A stretch of 64,000 nt of DNA, from IMG/VR virus record IMGVR_UViG_3300012933_000135; one strand, written 5' to 3'. The notes below the pieces were generated by a model. That model had not been told where the DNA came from. It did no database searches and saw only the letters and a program-made list of their open reading frames with translations. The DNA is from an uncultured virus (IMG/VR IMGVR_UViG_3300012933_000135) (Duplodnaviria > Heunggongvirae > Uroviricota > Caudoviricetes). Positions 1 through 10,899 of the stretch are shown here, one piece after another. Every line of letters begins with the position of its first letter. Position 1 is the first letter of the stretch. The translations under genes were made by a program, and so were the position numbers.

Positions 1-544
1 CTTTGCCAATTGTCTTATCACCAGCGCCATACATAGCTCCAACGAATACGGTATAACTTTGGTTCGTCTGTACTGCCCAACCACGTACTGAAGTTTCCAG
101 TAACTTCCAGATTCCACGGTTTAGACTGCCAGCTTGTGGGTACATGTTTGTCATTAAGAAACTTTCGTACTCTACAATCTGGCTCCAAGACAAATCCCCG
201 TCTGGTGCTGCATGTCCTTTATCGTAACCTGTACCTGCATAGTCATCAGGACGGGCACCTGTGCCGCCTAGTGATTGATCAGCAACGAATGCGTTTGTTC
301 TAGGAAAGCAGCCTAATGCATTTTGTGGTAGCAATGTGTAAGCTACGTAAGCAGGAATCTTAACAGGAGCATCATATGCTACAAGATATGCTTCACGGCA
401 AATTGGCTGTGCTTGACGTGCAGTAGTTGCCCAGCCGTATGGACTATGGACTTGACACGCTTCAACTGGTAATGGGGCACGTTGGTCCCAGGCTTGTGCT
501 AATCCTGCTGTGACAAGCAGAAGTATAGCTAATAATCGTTTCAT
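1..544 (-). CDS. DNA/RNA non-specific endonuclease (NucA/EndoG family) with predicted signal peptide; runs off the window edge
   Basis: Hand translation (not in ORF track): MKRLLAILLLVTAGLAQA...GYDKGHAAP...SFLMTNMYPQAGSLNRGIWKLLE; DxGH and N-x-x-PQ-x-x-x-x-N-x-x-x-W motifs. Confidence 0.88.
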   Translation of the reverse strand, partial: MKRLLAILLLVTAGLAQAWDQRAPLPVEACQVHSPYGWATTARQAQPICREAYLVAYDAPVKIPAYVAYTLLPQNALGCFPRTNAFVADQSLGGTGARPDDYAGTGYDKGHAAPDGDLSWSQIVEYESFLMTNMYPQAGSLNRGIWKLLETSVRGWAVQTNQSYTVFVGAMYGAGDKTIGK

Positions 545-572
545 GTAATACCTCTTTAAGTGCTAGTATTTA

Positions 573-3170
573 TTAGTATTGGTACTTGGTCCAATAGAAT
601 GTATAATGGCTACAGCTTGGACTAAATGTTATCATATCTTCATATTGACTTGCTACCAATCCTACTTGGTTATCAGTCATAGACCAGAACGTATACTTCC
701 AAGGGCCGCCTGTTTTAGTCTCGTGTATTGTACAATTCACTGCGGTAGCTGTAATATTGCTTGCATATACTGTAACACCGTGTGCTTCTCTACTTGAACC
801 ACTACTACTGAGCATGTTTAACCCATTGCTTCGATTAACGCTTGATCCGTAAAAGCTCGATGGCATGTACTCAACATTACCACCATATGGATAACTGCCG
901 ACTACCGGAGCCATTGCAAAATACACTCCCGAAGTACTAGTGTTTGCTAAGGTTATCGGTGAACTAATACTCGAATCCTGATATCGATATACATTAAAAG
1001 GACTACCTTGATACGTGTTATTCCACATTCCGGAACTTGGCTGGACACCCGAATTATTGCTCATATCTTGGCCGCCAGTGAACAATTTTACCATGGCATA
1101 GTTATTATAGCTCACATCAGCACCCGACGGTACTGGCAGACTTGTAGAACTATTGCCAGAGTCGACTACACTATACCATGATTGGCCTGACGCTCCGCCG
1201 CCGCTTGCGCCGCCACCTATAGACACTGTAGCAGGAATACTGCTGAAGCCGCCTGGTAGCGACAACGGTACATCACTAGTAACTGACGTTTGTACTGAAT
1301 ACCCCATGTCATTCCAGCTAGATGTCATAGTAAGAGTGTATACTGTTGCGCCAGTATCTGGCATTGTTATTGTAAATGTGCTGCCGCTAGTTAACGCAAA
1401 CACAGCAGCATAACCGTCTGTGTTAGTCCAGTAGCTAGCGTATATAGAAAGCATATAAGGGTTACTTGGGCCGCTCAAGTATAGCCCTGGCGGGCCGCTC
1501 ATACCGTTACTATAATCAGTGCCTGCGGTATATGTTGCCCCGGATCCGCCACCGCCGCTAGTATAAGTTAACGATGGTTGTCCCGAGTATGCTCCGGTCA
1601 TTGTTGTGCTAGTCCAGCTCAGCATCATAGCATCAGGACCCATGGCATTAATATTGCTCACTCCAGTGACGGTCCATGAGTTGCCACCGTATGAATCATT
1701 AAATATCATAGTAGTAGGTGCTGCTGCAACAAATGCGTCTCGATCAGTTCCACTCTGGAAGAAGAAGTACCCGTCGGTATATGGGCCAGGAGGGAAGGAT
1801 GATGAATGATTTGAGTTATTATAGAATCCGTTAGGCTCTGGGTTTGAAATTAATAACGCAGTCACTTCGCCGCCGCCGCCACCGCCGGCGTCTGATACTG
1901 TAAACGATATTGATAACGTTTGTCCAACTTTGCTTGAGAAATTAAACGCATCACCAGTAAACTCAACTAACAGTGCTTGGCCGCCCATAGATTGTAATGT
2001 ACCAGTTTGTGTCACGCCATCTATTGTCATTGATATACTAGTCTTACCGTCGATGCCAGTTGAATCTACCACTACTCCGCCATATGTACCTGACATAATA
2101 GATGCTGTTGTGTTGCTCGAAGGGCCACCCATTGTTGAATAATTTATTGAATCAATGAATGGTGGGTGAAGTATGATAGATCCGTAGCTGCCGCTGCCGC
2201 CCATTAGGTATACGCCGTATCCCTGTCCGTATGGACTTTCACCTACTACTAAGGTGCCAGATGCTGTAGTCCCGTTGGCTCCAGTTTGTGCGGCAGGATC
2301 GTATAGTAATGAAACAGTTTGTCCAACTAATGATACAAGATTAAATATGTCCGTGTCACTTTGATCGTATGTATAATAAGTATATTGCCCGTTAGCATAT
2401 TCTAATGAACGTACTTGCCCGTTGATTGTAAATGCTCTAGTTGATCTTGCGCCGCCGCCACTTGTGTCGCCGTCAATGGATCCGCCTGATACTGTAAACC
2501 CGTCATAAGTTCCGTCGGCTAGCATAATGTTAAAATAATTATTCATATCACTATGATAATAGACGACAGCTTTAAACGCAGAGTTTGTTATACGGCCAAA
2601 CAATGTTGAGTTTAAATCAATGTTAGCACCATAAGACACTGAATTTTGACTGTCACCCGGGTAAGAGTATGCTGCCACTAGCATAGTATTAGGTGTAGCA
2701 GGAATTTGTATTGCTGGATTATACACTAACGAAAATGTTTGTCCTATGAGCTGCTCAAAGTCTAGTGGTAAACTTACATTAGCATATTGATACCCGTCCC
2801 AGTAGAACTCGTAGTCAGTACCACCTATTGTGAATAGTCGCGTATATCCAGGCAGGTCTCCGTTAATACATCCTGACACTACAGTAAACTCAGCGTATGA
2901 TCCATCAGCCATGCCCAGCCATGTGATGTTGTTAGAAGAATTAGTTGCTGCGCTACTACTACGATCAACATATTTGTATATAAAATAAATGTTGTCGCTG
3001 ATTAAAGGACCAAATGCTCCATAGTAAGCTGATGCGGATTCTGCTCCGTATAAATCAAACTGGTATTGCGAATTGTAATAATTAGCAACAGTGAATGAAT
3101 CACCAAGCGGTATTGGTTTAATACCAACGTTAGTTAACTGACGAGTTGTGAAGCTGGCTAATCGAAACAT
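573..3170 (-). CDS. Large Gly/Ser/Thr-rich modular virion/fibre-like protein
   Basis: Likely start MFRLASF (ATG at 3170); three internal repeats (..ADG[ST]Y..FTV..G.I.GD...GQT.SL) and poly-Gly linkers; follows the collagen gene. Confidence 0.6.
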   Translation of the reverse strand: MFRLASFTTRQLTNVGIKPIPLGDSFTVANYYNSQYQFDLYGAESASAYYGAFGPLISDNIYFIYKYVDRSSSAATNSSNNITWLGMADGSYAEFTVVSGCINGDLPGYTRLFTIGGTDYEFYWDGYQYANVSLPLDFEQLIGQTFSLVYNPAIQIPATPNTMLVAAYSYPGDSQNSVSYGANIDLNSTLFGRITNSAFKAVVYYHSDMNNYFNIMLADGTYDGFTVSGGSIDGDTSGGGARSTRAFTINGQVRSLEYANGQYTYYTYDQSDTDIFNLVSLVGQTVSLLYDPAAQTGANGTTASGTLVVGESPYGQGYGVYLMGGSGSYGSIILHPPFIDSINYSTMGGPSSNTTASIMSGTYGGVVVDSTGIDGKTSISMTIDGVTQTGTLQSMGGQALLVEFTGDAFNFSSKVGQTLSISFTVSDAGGGGGGEVTALLISNPEPNGFYNNSNHSSSFPPGPYTDGYFFFQSGTDRDAFVAAAPTTMIFNDSYGGNSWTVTGVSNINAMGPDAMMLSWTSTTMTGAYSGQPSLTYTSGGGGSGATYTAGTDYSNGMSGPPGLYLSGPSNPYMLSIYASYWTNTDGYAAVFALTSGSTFTITMPDTGATVYTLTMTSSWNDMGYSVQTSVTSDVPLSLPGGFSSIPATVSIGGGASGGGASGQSWYSVVDSGNSSTSLPVPSGADVSYNNYAMVKLFTGGQDMSNNSGVQPSSGMWNNTYQGSPFNVYRYQDSSISSPITLANTSTSGVYFAMAPVVGSYPYGGNVEYMPSSFYGSSVNRSNGLNMLSSSGSSREAHGVTVYASNITATAVNCTIHETKTGGPWKYTFWSMTDNQVGLVASQYEDMITFSPSCSHYTFYWTKYQY

Positions 3171-3175
3171 AGTTA

Positions 3176-5158
3176 TTAGTCTGTTACCGGGCCGTATGTG
3201 CTTAAAGCAGCCAATACTTGCCAACTCGAGTTTACACGCATAATTGTGTAACTAACTATATCAATATGATTGGCATTTCCTGTAGGAGGAGATGTAGCAC
3301 CAAACCAATATACTGATACTGATATGCCATCTATCTCTACACCTTGAGATATGTATGGCGTAGCACCTTGCTCAAATATTAATGCCGCTACTGTAGTTCT
3401 ATTATTAGTTGTAGGAATGTTTATAAAGTTTGCTGAAAAGTTATCAGTCATTCCAGTATGATAAAATACTGCGCCAGATGAAAAGTCGTGCGTTACAGAA
3501 CCAGTTGCTCCAGTTTTAGTTGTTAGTACATCACTTGTACCTGGCAATGCTGTAGGGTCAATTAATCCAGTAGCTCCCGTAGGACCTTGTGATCCAGTTG
3601 CTCCTGTAGGACCTTGTGATCCAGTAGCACCTGTGGCGCCCGTAGCACCTGTGGCGCCTGCATCACCTTTTACTCCTGATGCTACAAATGTCCAACTAGA
3701 TATAGTTCCGGACCCGCCTACATAGTCGACTGACATAGTTAATGTAGTACTACTAAATGCGGTAATAGTACCAGCCATGTAGTTAGTAGGGGTACTAGTA
3801 CTAAACACCCTTACATATTGTCCAACAGCAAACGCAGTAGCAGTCGATGCTAAGTTTGTAGTAAATGTTTTAGAACCTGTACCAACCGCAACTGATGATG
3901 TAGATGTAAGACCTGTATATCCTACACCGTTAGTTCCATTGCTGCCAGCTGCGCCTTGTGGTCCAGTAGCGCCGGTAGGTCCCGTAGCGCCGGTAGGTCC
4001 CGGTACTGTACTCGCCGCTCCAGTAGCACCTGTAGGACCAGTAGCACCTGTTGCACCTTGTGGACCTTCTGGACCTACTAATGATATACCACTAGGCCAA
4101 GAGCCCATTATTTTAGGACCGTAGATGTAATTGTTGCTTGTATTGATGTAAAAGTCAAAGTCTGTACCTTGACTGTTGTTTGGAGCACCTGAGCCAAACA
4201 GAACTGTTTTGCCGTCATCGCCGTCGGAACCTGCTGGGCCAGTAGGGCCAGCATCACCTTGTGGTCCTTGTGGACCCGTATCACCTGTTGCGCCTTGTGG
4301 TCCAGTAGCGCCGGTAGGTCCCGTAGCTCCTTGTTGTCCTTGTTGTCCTTGCGGCCCCATCATTCCATTAGAACCTTGCGGGCCTGTCATACCAGTAGTT
4401 CCAGGCATTCCTTGTGCGCCAGTAGCGCCTGTGGCTCCAGTTGGGCCTATGTCGCCTTGTGGCCCTGTAGGTCCAGTTGCCCCAGTTTCGCCTTGTGGCC
4501 CTTGCGGTCCTACGATTTGTCCAACATCGATATACACGCTTCCTGTCCACGTATATAAGTTTCCAGTGTCTATTACAATATACGAATCGCCGATGGTTGG
4601 GGTAGGACTAGCAGGAAGGCTTGATTGATTTGCAACTTCACCTAGAATACGTACACTTGCTCCTGGATTACCTTGATCACCTTGCGGGCCAGTTGCACCT
4701 GTGGCACCAGTTGGTCCTATGTCGCCTTGTGGGCCTTGTGGACCAGTTGCTCCAGTAGCGCCTTGTGGCCCTGTAGCGCCAGTAGCGCCTTGTGGTCCTG
4801 TAGCGCCAGTAGCGCCTTGTGGTCCTGTAGCACCTGCAATTCCTTGTACGCCTTGTGGTCCTGTAGCACCTGTTGCACCCTGTGGGCCGATATCTCCCTG
4901 TGAACCAGTAGCGCCTTGTGGTCCTGCTGCACCAGTGGAACCTTGTGGTCCTGTAGCACCTTGTGGTCCAGTTGCGCCTGCAACTCCTTGTACGCCTTGT
5001 GGTCCTGCTGCACCAGTGGAACCTTGTGGTCCTGTAGCACCTTGTGGTCCGATTGGTCCACGTTGAGCAGCAGTTACCGATACAGGTGCAGCTGATACAT
5101 AATCAATAGAAACAGTTTCGGGACCTTTGATTATAACATCGACTAAAACAGTACTCAT
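3176..5158 (-). CDS. Collagen-like (Gly-X-Y) tail fibre/whisker protein
   Basis: Long GPQ/GAT/GPT triplet tracts separated by globular domains. Confidence 0.85.
   Translation of the reverse strand: MSTVLVDVIIKGPETVSIDYVSAAPVSVTAAQRGPIGPQGATGPQGSTGAAGPQGVQGVAGATGPQGATGPQGSTGAAGPQGATGSQGDIGPQGATGATGPQGVQGIAGATGPQGATGATGPQGATGATGPQGATGATGPQGPQGDIGPTGATGATGPQGDQGNPGASVRILGEVANQSSLPASPTPTIGDSYIVIDTGNLYTWTGSVYIDVGQIVGPQGPQGETGATGPTGPQGDIGPTGATGATGAQGMPGTTGMTGPQGSNGMMGPQGQQGQQGATGPTGATGPQGATGDTGPQGPQGDAGPTGPAGSDGDDGKTVLFGSGAPNNSQGTDFDFYINTSNNYIYGPKIMGSWPSGISLVGPEGPQGATGATGPTGATGAASTVPGPTGATGPTGATGPQGAAGSNGTNGVGYTGLTSTSSVAVGTGSKTFTTNLASTATAFAVGQYVRVFSTSTPTNYMAGTITAFSSTTLTMSVDYVGGSGTISSWTFVASGVKGDAGATGATGATGATGSQGPTGATGSQGPTGATGLIDPTALPGTSDVLTTKTGATGSVTHDFSSGAVFYHTGMTDNFSANFINIPTTNNRTTVAALIFEQGATPYISQGVEIDGISVSVYWFGATSPPTGNANHIDIVSYTIMRVNSSWQVLAALSTYGPVTD
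3570..5062 (-). repeat. Coding tandem repeats encoding Gly-X-Y triplets
   Basis: Repeated units such as gcgccttgtggtcctgtagc. Confidence 0.9.
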
Positions 5159-5484
5159 CGCGTTACTGCCTCTGCCACTGGAATTTCTAATATATCGCTA
5201 GATTGAACTTCACCTGAAGGAAACGTAACTTGAATATTAGTTTCGTGTATACCAACATCTACATCAGAAGTAATGCTCGCTGGGAACGCTACATTAACTT
5301 GTCCAGCAGTTCCGGAAATAGTTATACCTTGCCCGGTAGTAATTTCTGCTAATAGTGTGCCAACACGCTTCTTTCGTATCTGCATTCTAGCAGTGCAGCC
5401 AGTTAGATCAATAGGAGTATCGTTAGATTTCCAAGAGAATGTTATTTTCCACGTATCGCCGCGCTTGAATGTTGGTAGTTTCAT
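5155..5484 (-). CDS. BppU-like (baseplate upper protein N-terminal-type) small structural protein
   Basis: KRGDT...[14 protein letters not shown] pattern typical of Ig-like baseplate/fibre-anchoring proteins; overlaps the collagen gene start. Confidence 0.6.
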   Translation of the reverse strand: MKLPTFKRGDTWKITFSWKSNDTPIDLTGCTARMQIRKKRVGTLLAEITTGQGITISGTAGQVNVAFPASITSDVDVGIHETNIQVTFPSGEVQSSDILEIPVAEAVTR

Positions 5485-5517
5485 ATCAGTAAACCCTCGT
5501 TTACTGTATTTAGCTGT

Positions 5518-5937
5518 TTATATGTAGTTATTAAACCAGCCTACTTTGCGGCCTTCTACAATGCGCTTGTCGTGCTCTTCTACGCTGCTAGGGTAACGCC
5601 AGGCCCAAACTGCTACACACGCCATAAAGATGCCTGTGTAGATCACGCCACGCAAAGGTACAGTTCCCAAGGACATTAGTACTAGACTTAGTGACATCAT
5701 GCCAATCATAAAGAACTTCATCTTTAACGGGAATACACGTTTCTCACCCCAGTTAGTTAAGAATGGGCCGAATAGTTTGTGATTGTACAACCAGGCATGC
5801 ATACGTGGACTACCTTTGCTGAAGCAGTATGCAGCAAATACTACAAACGGGCTATATGGGATGCCGGGAGTAATGACTCCGATATATGCCATACCTAGAC
5901 TTAAGAAGCCTAGCACTTTCCAAAAGAAACGTTTCAT
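5518..5937 (-). CDS. YbaN/DUF454-family inner-membrane protein
   Basis: LG..G...PG.P..PF...AAYCF.KGS.RMH.WL..H..FGP...NW signature. Confidence 0.8.
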   Translation of the reverse strand: MKRFFWKVLGFLSLGMAYIGVITPGIPYSPFVVFAAYCFSKGSPRMHAWLYNHKLFGPFLTNWGEKRVFPLKMKFFMIGMMSLSLVLMSLGTVPLRGVIYTGIFMACVAVWAWRYPSSVEEHDKRIVEGRKVGWFNNYI

Positions 5938-6809
5938 GATAATCCCCAGCTTTTTTCGCTTTTCTTAGCCTGTTGATCGAAACCGTTTTTGCAAAGTGTT
6001 CTATTGCAAACTTTAGGATTAGTATCTAGTACAATTGGTTTATCAAAGATATTTCCATATCCGTTGCCTACCATGCACCATCCTCTATACACATACCCAA
6101 AGTAATTAATAACTACCTGATCGACTCCAGCCCAACATAAATGGCTTTTATAGTCAGTATATAGCTGTGATACAAAGTCGGGTAAGTTGTATTTGGCAGG
6201 GTCAGAAGGAACAGAGTATCCGTTTTCTTTAGCATAGAAAACCATCTGCTTGGGCTTGTAATCTAAGAACTGATCATTGCCCTTGTTGTGATTGGAGAAC
6301 ATGATTTTAAATTCAGTATTGTATCCTTGTGCTTTAAAATCATTGTATAACTGCGTGGCCTGTTCCCACTCATCACTGTTAGGTAACGCATTGATAGTGA
6401 TTGCAAGATGCACAGTTTCAAATGTAGATAACAGTTTAGCAACCTTAGTAAAGTGATCGATGTCACACAAGGAATGCCACGCAAGGATAACTGTTTCTAA
6501 GTTAGGAGCTGCGCTGGCCCACCATTCTAAATCGGCAGAGCCGTTAGATGTTATATTAAATCTAAATTTACTATCGATTGGATTTGTTATTGCGCTGCGA
6601 ACTGCCCTGCTGATTGTAGGCTCGCCGCCTAGCATTTCTAAGTAGACTTGATCGCAGTCTAGAACGCTATCTCTGATGTTTGTTAATGCGTGAGTAAATT
6701 GCTCGTGGTCGAGCATGGGGTTACTGCCGTCGTGATAGTCACTATGACAGTACCCGCATCTAAAATTACATTGATTTCCTATTTGCCACTGTATTTTTAT
6801 TGTTTTCAC
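5934..6809 (-). CDS. Radical SAM protein
   Basis: CNFRCGYC (CxxxCxxC), GGEPT, SNGS, C-terminal Cys cluster. Confidence 0.88.
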   Translation of the reverse strand: MKTIKIQWQIGNQCNFRCGYCHSDYHDGSNPMLDHEQFTHALTNIRDSVLDCDQVYLEMLGGEPTISRAVRSAITNPIDSKFRFNITSNGSADLEWWASAAPNLETVILAWHSLCDIDHFTKVAKLLSTFETVHLAITINALPNSDEWEQATQLYNDFKAQGYNTEFKIMFSNHNKGNDQFLDYKPKQMVFYAKENGYSVPSDPAKYNLPDFVSQLYTDYKSHLCWAGVDQVVINYFGYVYRGWCMVGNGYGNIFDKPIVLDTNPKVCNRTLCKNGFDQQAKKSEKSWGLS

Positions 6810-7318
6810 TGTAGGTACTCAAGCCAAGCAGAATGACGCACATTGAATGGCATCTTCTTACGCTTATTTACTAGTTCGTAGTAAGTTGGCTTGCGTGGAA
6901 CAGTAGCTGGCTTTAGGCCCAATTTGTCGCCTTTGTTGGCGTTGCATGGTCCGCAAGCAGTACAGCAGTTTTCCCAGGTTGTCTTACCACCTCGTGAGGT
7001 TGGCATAACGTGGTCAAGTGTAGCTTCCTTAGGAGTAATTGCTTTTAGGCAATATTGACATGTACAGTCATCTCGTAGGTATATGTTAGCTCTACTGAAG
7101 CGAACAGTAGACTTTGATTTCATATAGTCTCGTAAGATGATAACGCTGGGAACTGGAGTTGACCAGTTGGCAGAATGCACAATCCAATTGTCATGCCAAG
7201 CAAGTACCGTAGCCTTATCCAAGACCATATACTTGATTGATTCTTCCCATGTGATTGTGCTCAACGGCATGAAACTTATAGGACTGCCGTCAGCGTTTAG
7301 TACTAATGTATCTGACAC
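6806..7318 (-). CDS. HNH endonuclease (McrA-like)
   Basis: RDDCTCQYC...TLDHVMPTSRGG..TWENCCTAC..CN..K; likely GTG start at 7318 after AAGAGG. Confidence 0.88.
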   Translation of the reverse strand: MSDTLVLNADGSPISFMPLSTITWEESIKYMVLDKATVLAWHDNWIVHSANWSTPVPSVIILRDYMKSKSTVRFSRANIYLRDDCTCQYCLKAITPKEATLDHVMPTSRGGKTTWENCCTACGPCNANKGDKLGLKPATVPRKPTYYELVNKRKKMPFNVRHSAWLEYLQ

Positions 7319-7386
7319 TTTAAACCTCTTTCTTGTTGTGTTTACAGACCCAACCAGTGAAGCGTTAATTATACACTCAAATGTAT

Positions 7387-7935
7387 TTAACTCAAAGTCA
7401 TTTGAGCGAACTCCTGTCCAGAGCGTTCTAAACTTTGGATCCATTGATCTTTAAGATCGCTGTCAAAAATCAATGGTATGTCGCTTTTAGCAGTACACCA
7501 GCTATTGTTTTGGGCAAACGGGGGAATGCCTTTAATTTCGGACTGTAGCTGCCCAGGGCCCCATCCACAAACACCCAAAAATAATCGCCAAAAATTAGGA
7601 GTATCGCCTACTGCTAATCTTGGCAAAATGTCTTCTGAAGAGCTTAAACTTAGGAACTTATTGACTCGCATTGTGTTACTGCATCGCCAATCATTACTGT
7701 GTAAGAAGCTTAGGCTTTTTACGTTTACAGGGCCACCTAGATAAACATATCCCGGAGTTGTGATAGGAATGCTTAGTTGTTCGCCAAACTCCGCAAGCGT
7801 CATGTTACTGCGTTTGTTTAGCACTAGCCCCATAGAGCCGCTACTGTGGTCTTCAGTTACAAGTACAACAGTTTTGTACCAGAAGTTGCCTTTGACAGCA
7901 GGCGGCGCGATTAATAAATTACCTGTGAGATTCAT
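7387..7935 (-). CDS. YqgE/AlgH (DUF179) family protein
   Basis: LLIA.P...F...VVL...H...GSMGLVLN, GGPV, G..GW..GQL..EI...W motifs. Confidence 0.85.
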   Translation of the reverse strand: MNLTGNLLIAPPAVKGNFWYKTVVLVTEDHSSGSMGLVLNKRSNMTLAEFGEQLSIPITTPGYVYLGGPVNVKSLSFLHSNDWRCSNTMRVNKFLSLSSSEDILPRLAVGDTPNFWRLFLGVCGWGPGQLQSEIKGIPPFAQNNSWCTAKSDIPLIFDSDLKDQWIQSLERSGQEFAQMTLS

Positions 7936-7956
7936 ATACTAATTTATGCCTACTAA

Positions 7957-9027
7957 TTAAGCTGTATATTTTTTCAGGTCTATTCTAAAGTTTTTAGCTC
8001 TTGATACTGCGCTATCAGCTGGACCCTTTGGCTTCTCAAAGTGATACGTCCACCATGCACTTGCCTGCTGTGGGTTTAGGAAATTCCACTTGGTATACTC
8101 CTGTCCCTTAGGTTCATTAAGCGCAAAGTCGATTTGACCTTTCCAGTTAGTTCTCCAATCAGGAACTGCACGCTCTAGTGCATCTGCACGGCCTGCACGA
8201 TGTTGGAAGAAACCAATACTTCTTGCACCCAAGTCGTCAGGATTGTAAGATGCTGAATTCCACATAGGAGCAGTTTCGTATGCAATGTTATTTAAAATGC
8301 CCGCAACTTTAAAGTTGTCAAGTCCTTTAGAACGTAGATAAGATGCAATTTCACTTTCATCTACGATGTTCTTAGTAGGATTATATCCCACTTTACCTGA
8401 CTGCTTTGTTTTACCAGCTGATGGAGCAGGAGAAACCATTCCACTCTGTGCCGGAGCTTGTTGTGTAGCAGGTTGCTGTTGCGAAACTCTAGCAGGTTGT
8501 TGTGACACAGCAGGTTGCGGCTTCGGTGCTACTTCTTTCGCACCCGCCTTAACTTTGCCAGCAACTGAAGCGTACCACCCATCACTACGATGTATGCCGT
8601 CTTTTGACTGTGCGCTATTAGGTTGTAATGCACCCATGTCTAGTACTTCAACTCCTTGCGGAAGTTGTGACTTCACTTCGTCTCGTAAGTTGCTACTGTA
8701 GTTTGTGTTTGGCGAGTCTAAGTTGCCGAACAAAACGTAAAATACTTTACACTCTTTAGCCAGTAATGCATTTAATAGTTTTTCAATACGCATGACTACA
8801 GAACCTTTGTTCTGTCGATAGGTATCATTGGCTCCTACTGAAAGAACAACAATGCTGCCTGGCTCTACTTGTTCGATAGCTGCTAGGTTAGCAGGATCAA
8901 ATGCGCTGCGCCCGTCTTTAGATAAGTTTACAAATCCAGGTGTTGAACCAATAGCATTAGCATGGCTATCACCTATAGCGTAAAGTTTTTGTTTATCTTC
9001 TTTTAATATGACATCTATTATTTGCAT
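7957..9027 (-). CDS. SGNH-hydrolase domain fused to a phage tail-type lysozyme domain
   Basis: N-terminal IGDSH / GAND / DGIH; Q/P-rich linker; C-terminal AGILNNIAYET...GFFQH..GR...QIDF...E...FEKP. Confidence 0.7.
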   Translation of the reverse strand: MQIIDVILKEDKQKLYAIGDSHANAIGSTPGFVNLSKDGRSAFDPANLAAIEQVEPGSIVVLSVGANDTYRQNKGSVVMRIEKLLNALLAKECKVFYVLFGNLDSPNTNYSSNLRDEVKSQLPQGVEVLDMGALQPNSAQSKDGIHRSDGWYASVAGKVKAGAKEVAPKPQPAVSQQPARVSQQQPATQQAPAQSGMVSPAPSAGKTKQSGKVGYNPTKNIVDESEIASYLRSKGLDNFKVAGILNNIAYETAPMWNSASYNPDDLGARSIGFFQHRAGRADALERAVPDWRTNWKGQIDFALNEPKGQEYTKWNFLNPQQASAWWTYHFEKPKGPADSAVSRAKNFRIDLKKYTA

Positions 9028-9029
9028 GT

Positions 9030-9623
9030 TTAATCTCTTGGACGCCTTTGTGGTCTTTGTAATTGTTGTACAGGCTTGTTAGCTACGATCGATGATCCTG
9101 ATTGGAATAGCTTTTTATAACCATTGTACGGATGAATGCCATCGCCTGTGGTGTTTAAACTAGGATCAAAGTTTTCTAAAGGCCCTAAGAATACTGCTCC
9201 AGTTTGTGCAGCTATGTTTTCTAATTTTTGGTTAACTTGTTCTTTTTCAAAGTTTACTCTATACTTACCGTGCTGATTTGTAAACCATTTTGATTGCGAA
9301 GACCCTGTGCCAACCAATGCAACCTTCGCGCCGGCTTGTTTTAGAACTGTTATTTGTTTAGTAATTGTACTCACATCTAACTTTTTAGTCTCGCCTGTTT
9401 CTCTTTCAAATGTTGAATTACTTGCGCCGCTGCTTAAAATCACAACTGTACCTTGCAAATTAGTTTTTTCTACTAGAGTAGACACGAATCCCAATATAGC
9501 ATTTGTATCTTTGCCGCCTTGTGTAATACCCGGAGCAGAGCCTGCTTTTTGAATGCCAACTGCAATACTGTCACCTACAACATAAACATTTTGCAGAGAC
9601 TCTACAAGCTCTAAGATTTTCAT
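9030..9623 (-). CDS. SGNH/GDSL hydrolase-like protein
   Basis: VGDSIA...DGIHP. Confidence 0.7.
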   Translation of the reverse strand: MKILELVESLQNVYVVGDSIAVGIQKAGSAPGITQGGKDTNAILGFVSTLVEKTNLQGTVVILSSGASNSTFERETGETKKLDVSTITKQITVLKQAGAKVALVGTGSSQSKWFTNQHGKYRVNFEKEQVNQKLENIAAQTGAVFLGPLENFDPSLNTTGDGIHPYNGYKKLFQSGSSIVANKPVQQLQRPQRRPRD

Positions 9624-9624
9624 T

Positions 9625-10899
9625 TTAACTCCAGTCCGGAAGTGGGCCGCCGTACTTGTGTCCCTTGATTTTATGCCCGCCTACTTTAACTCTGCTCTCT
9701 GGGCCTTTGCCTAACTTGTGTGACTTCTTACCATCACGAGCACGTAGACCTTGTGACTTGCAACTTGCTAAATTACTAGCACCTAAGTCACTGTCTGGAC
9801 GCGAACTAATACATAACGCACGACTAGCTTTGCCATGCTCTTCTAACTCAGCTTCGATAGCAGCAATTTGTTCTGCAACTTGTTTCTTTCTATCTATGCT
9901 TTCATTCTTCTTAGTAATGTCTCTACTCTTTAAATGTTCTTCACGACGCTTGTCACCTGCTGCACGTAGTTTAGTAGTCTTGCCGTCATTAGGATCTGTT
10001 AGACGTTTAGCAGTGTTAGCCATTGCATTACTATTGCTTTCGTTCTTTGGAAGCAAGTGATAGTTTCTACGTTGCTCTAAGTCTACTTCTCCAGGACGTC
10101 CTGGAATGTTAGCTAGTGCTGCATCTACTTCTTTACGGAAGTCCGGCATTGTATTGTAAGACTGTTGCATCTTAGGAGGCAATGGTTGTCCCTTACTCAT
10201 GATGTCCACGTAGGCTTTTACAATAGCTTGATGCTTGCGAAGCTCTTCTGCTTGTCTTGCTTTCTCTCTTGCAGTCGCGTCTTTCTCCGACTGACTTGAA
10301 CCTTGCATACGCATAGCTACTTCATTAACTGGCAACTTAGCACGTAGTTCGTCTGCCATCTTTAGATAGTGTTGCTTCTTAATATCGTTGCTGGTTGCTT
10401 TGGCACGTTTCTCATAGTCAGTAATTTGTGCCCATGTACGATTAGTATTACGCTGGCCAGCATCTTCTTTAGCTGGAACTTCATTGTCTGGCATTGGATG
10501 ATAGTTAATGCGCTGTTCTTTATCTACGATTGCGTTGTTAACTCTTAAACGTTCGGCGTCGGCTGCTGCCTTTTTATCTGCTAGACGTTTAGCTTCTGCG
10601 GCATTGCTGGCGGCAGCATCTTTTGCCCACTTTTCTCTAGTACTTGGACTTGGGAAAGCGCCGGCAATTTCGTCTACAATCTTGTTGCCTTGCTGATCAA
10701 TGCCTGAGTTGGGTGGTAGGTAAACTTGTTTGCATGGCATACAGACTTTTACTTGATGACCCATGTACTTGCCACCTTGCAGGTCTCCGCCGCATTTTGG
10801 ACAGTCATGTGTACTTTCTAAATCGCCTTTATGCTTTTTAGGGAACTTAACAACTTCGCCTTCGCTAACTTGTCTTGTTATAAATTGTCTTGCTCTCAT
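9625..10899 (-). CDS. Hypothetical protein with Zn-ribbon (CPKC..CMPC), probably head-associated
   Basis: ORF track; charged helical segments; N-terminal MRARQFI..E leader. Confidence 0.5.
   Translation of the reverse strand: MRARQFITRQVSEGEVVKFPKKHKGDLESTHDCPKCGGDLQGGKYMGHQVKVCMPCKQVYLPPNSGIDQQGNKIVDEIAGAFPSPSTREKWAKDAAASNAAEAKRLADKKAAADAERLRVNNAIVDKEQRINYHPMPDNEVPAKEDAGQRNTNRTWAQITDYEKRAKATSNDIKKQHYLKMADELRAKLPVNEVAMRMQGSSQSEKDATAREKARQAEELRKHQAIVKAYVDIMSKGQPLPPKMQQSYNTMPDFRKEVDAALANIPGRPGEVDLEQRRNYHLLPKNESNSNAMANTAKRLTDPNDGKTTKLRAAGDKRREEHLKSRDITKKNESIDRKKQVAEQIAAIEAELEEHGKASRALCISSRPDSDLGASNLASCKSQGLRARDGKKSHKLGKGPESRVKVGGHKIKGHKYGGPLPDWS

Noticed and set aside
3939..5066. Plus-strand Pro/Cys-rich ORFs (e.g. 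4176-4628, 4701-5066)
   Set aside because: Antisense shadows of the collagen Gly-X-Y repeats
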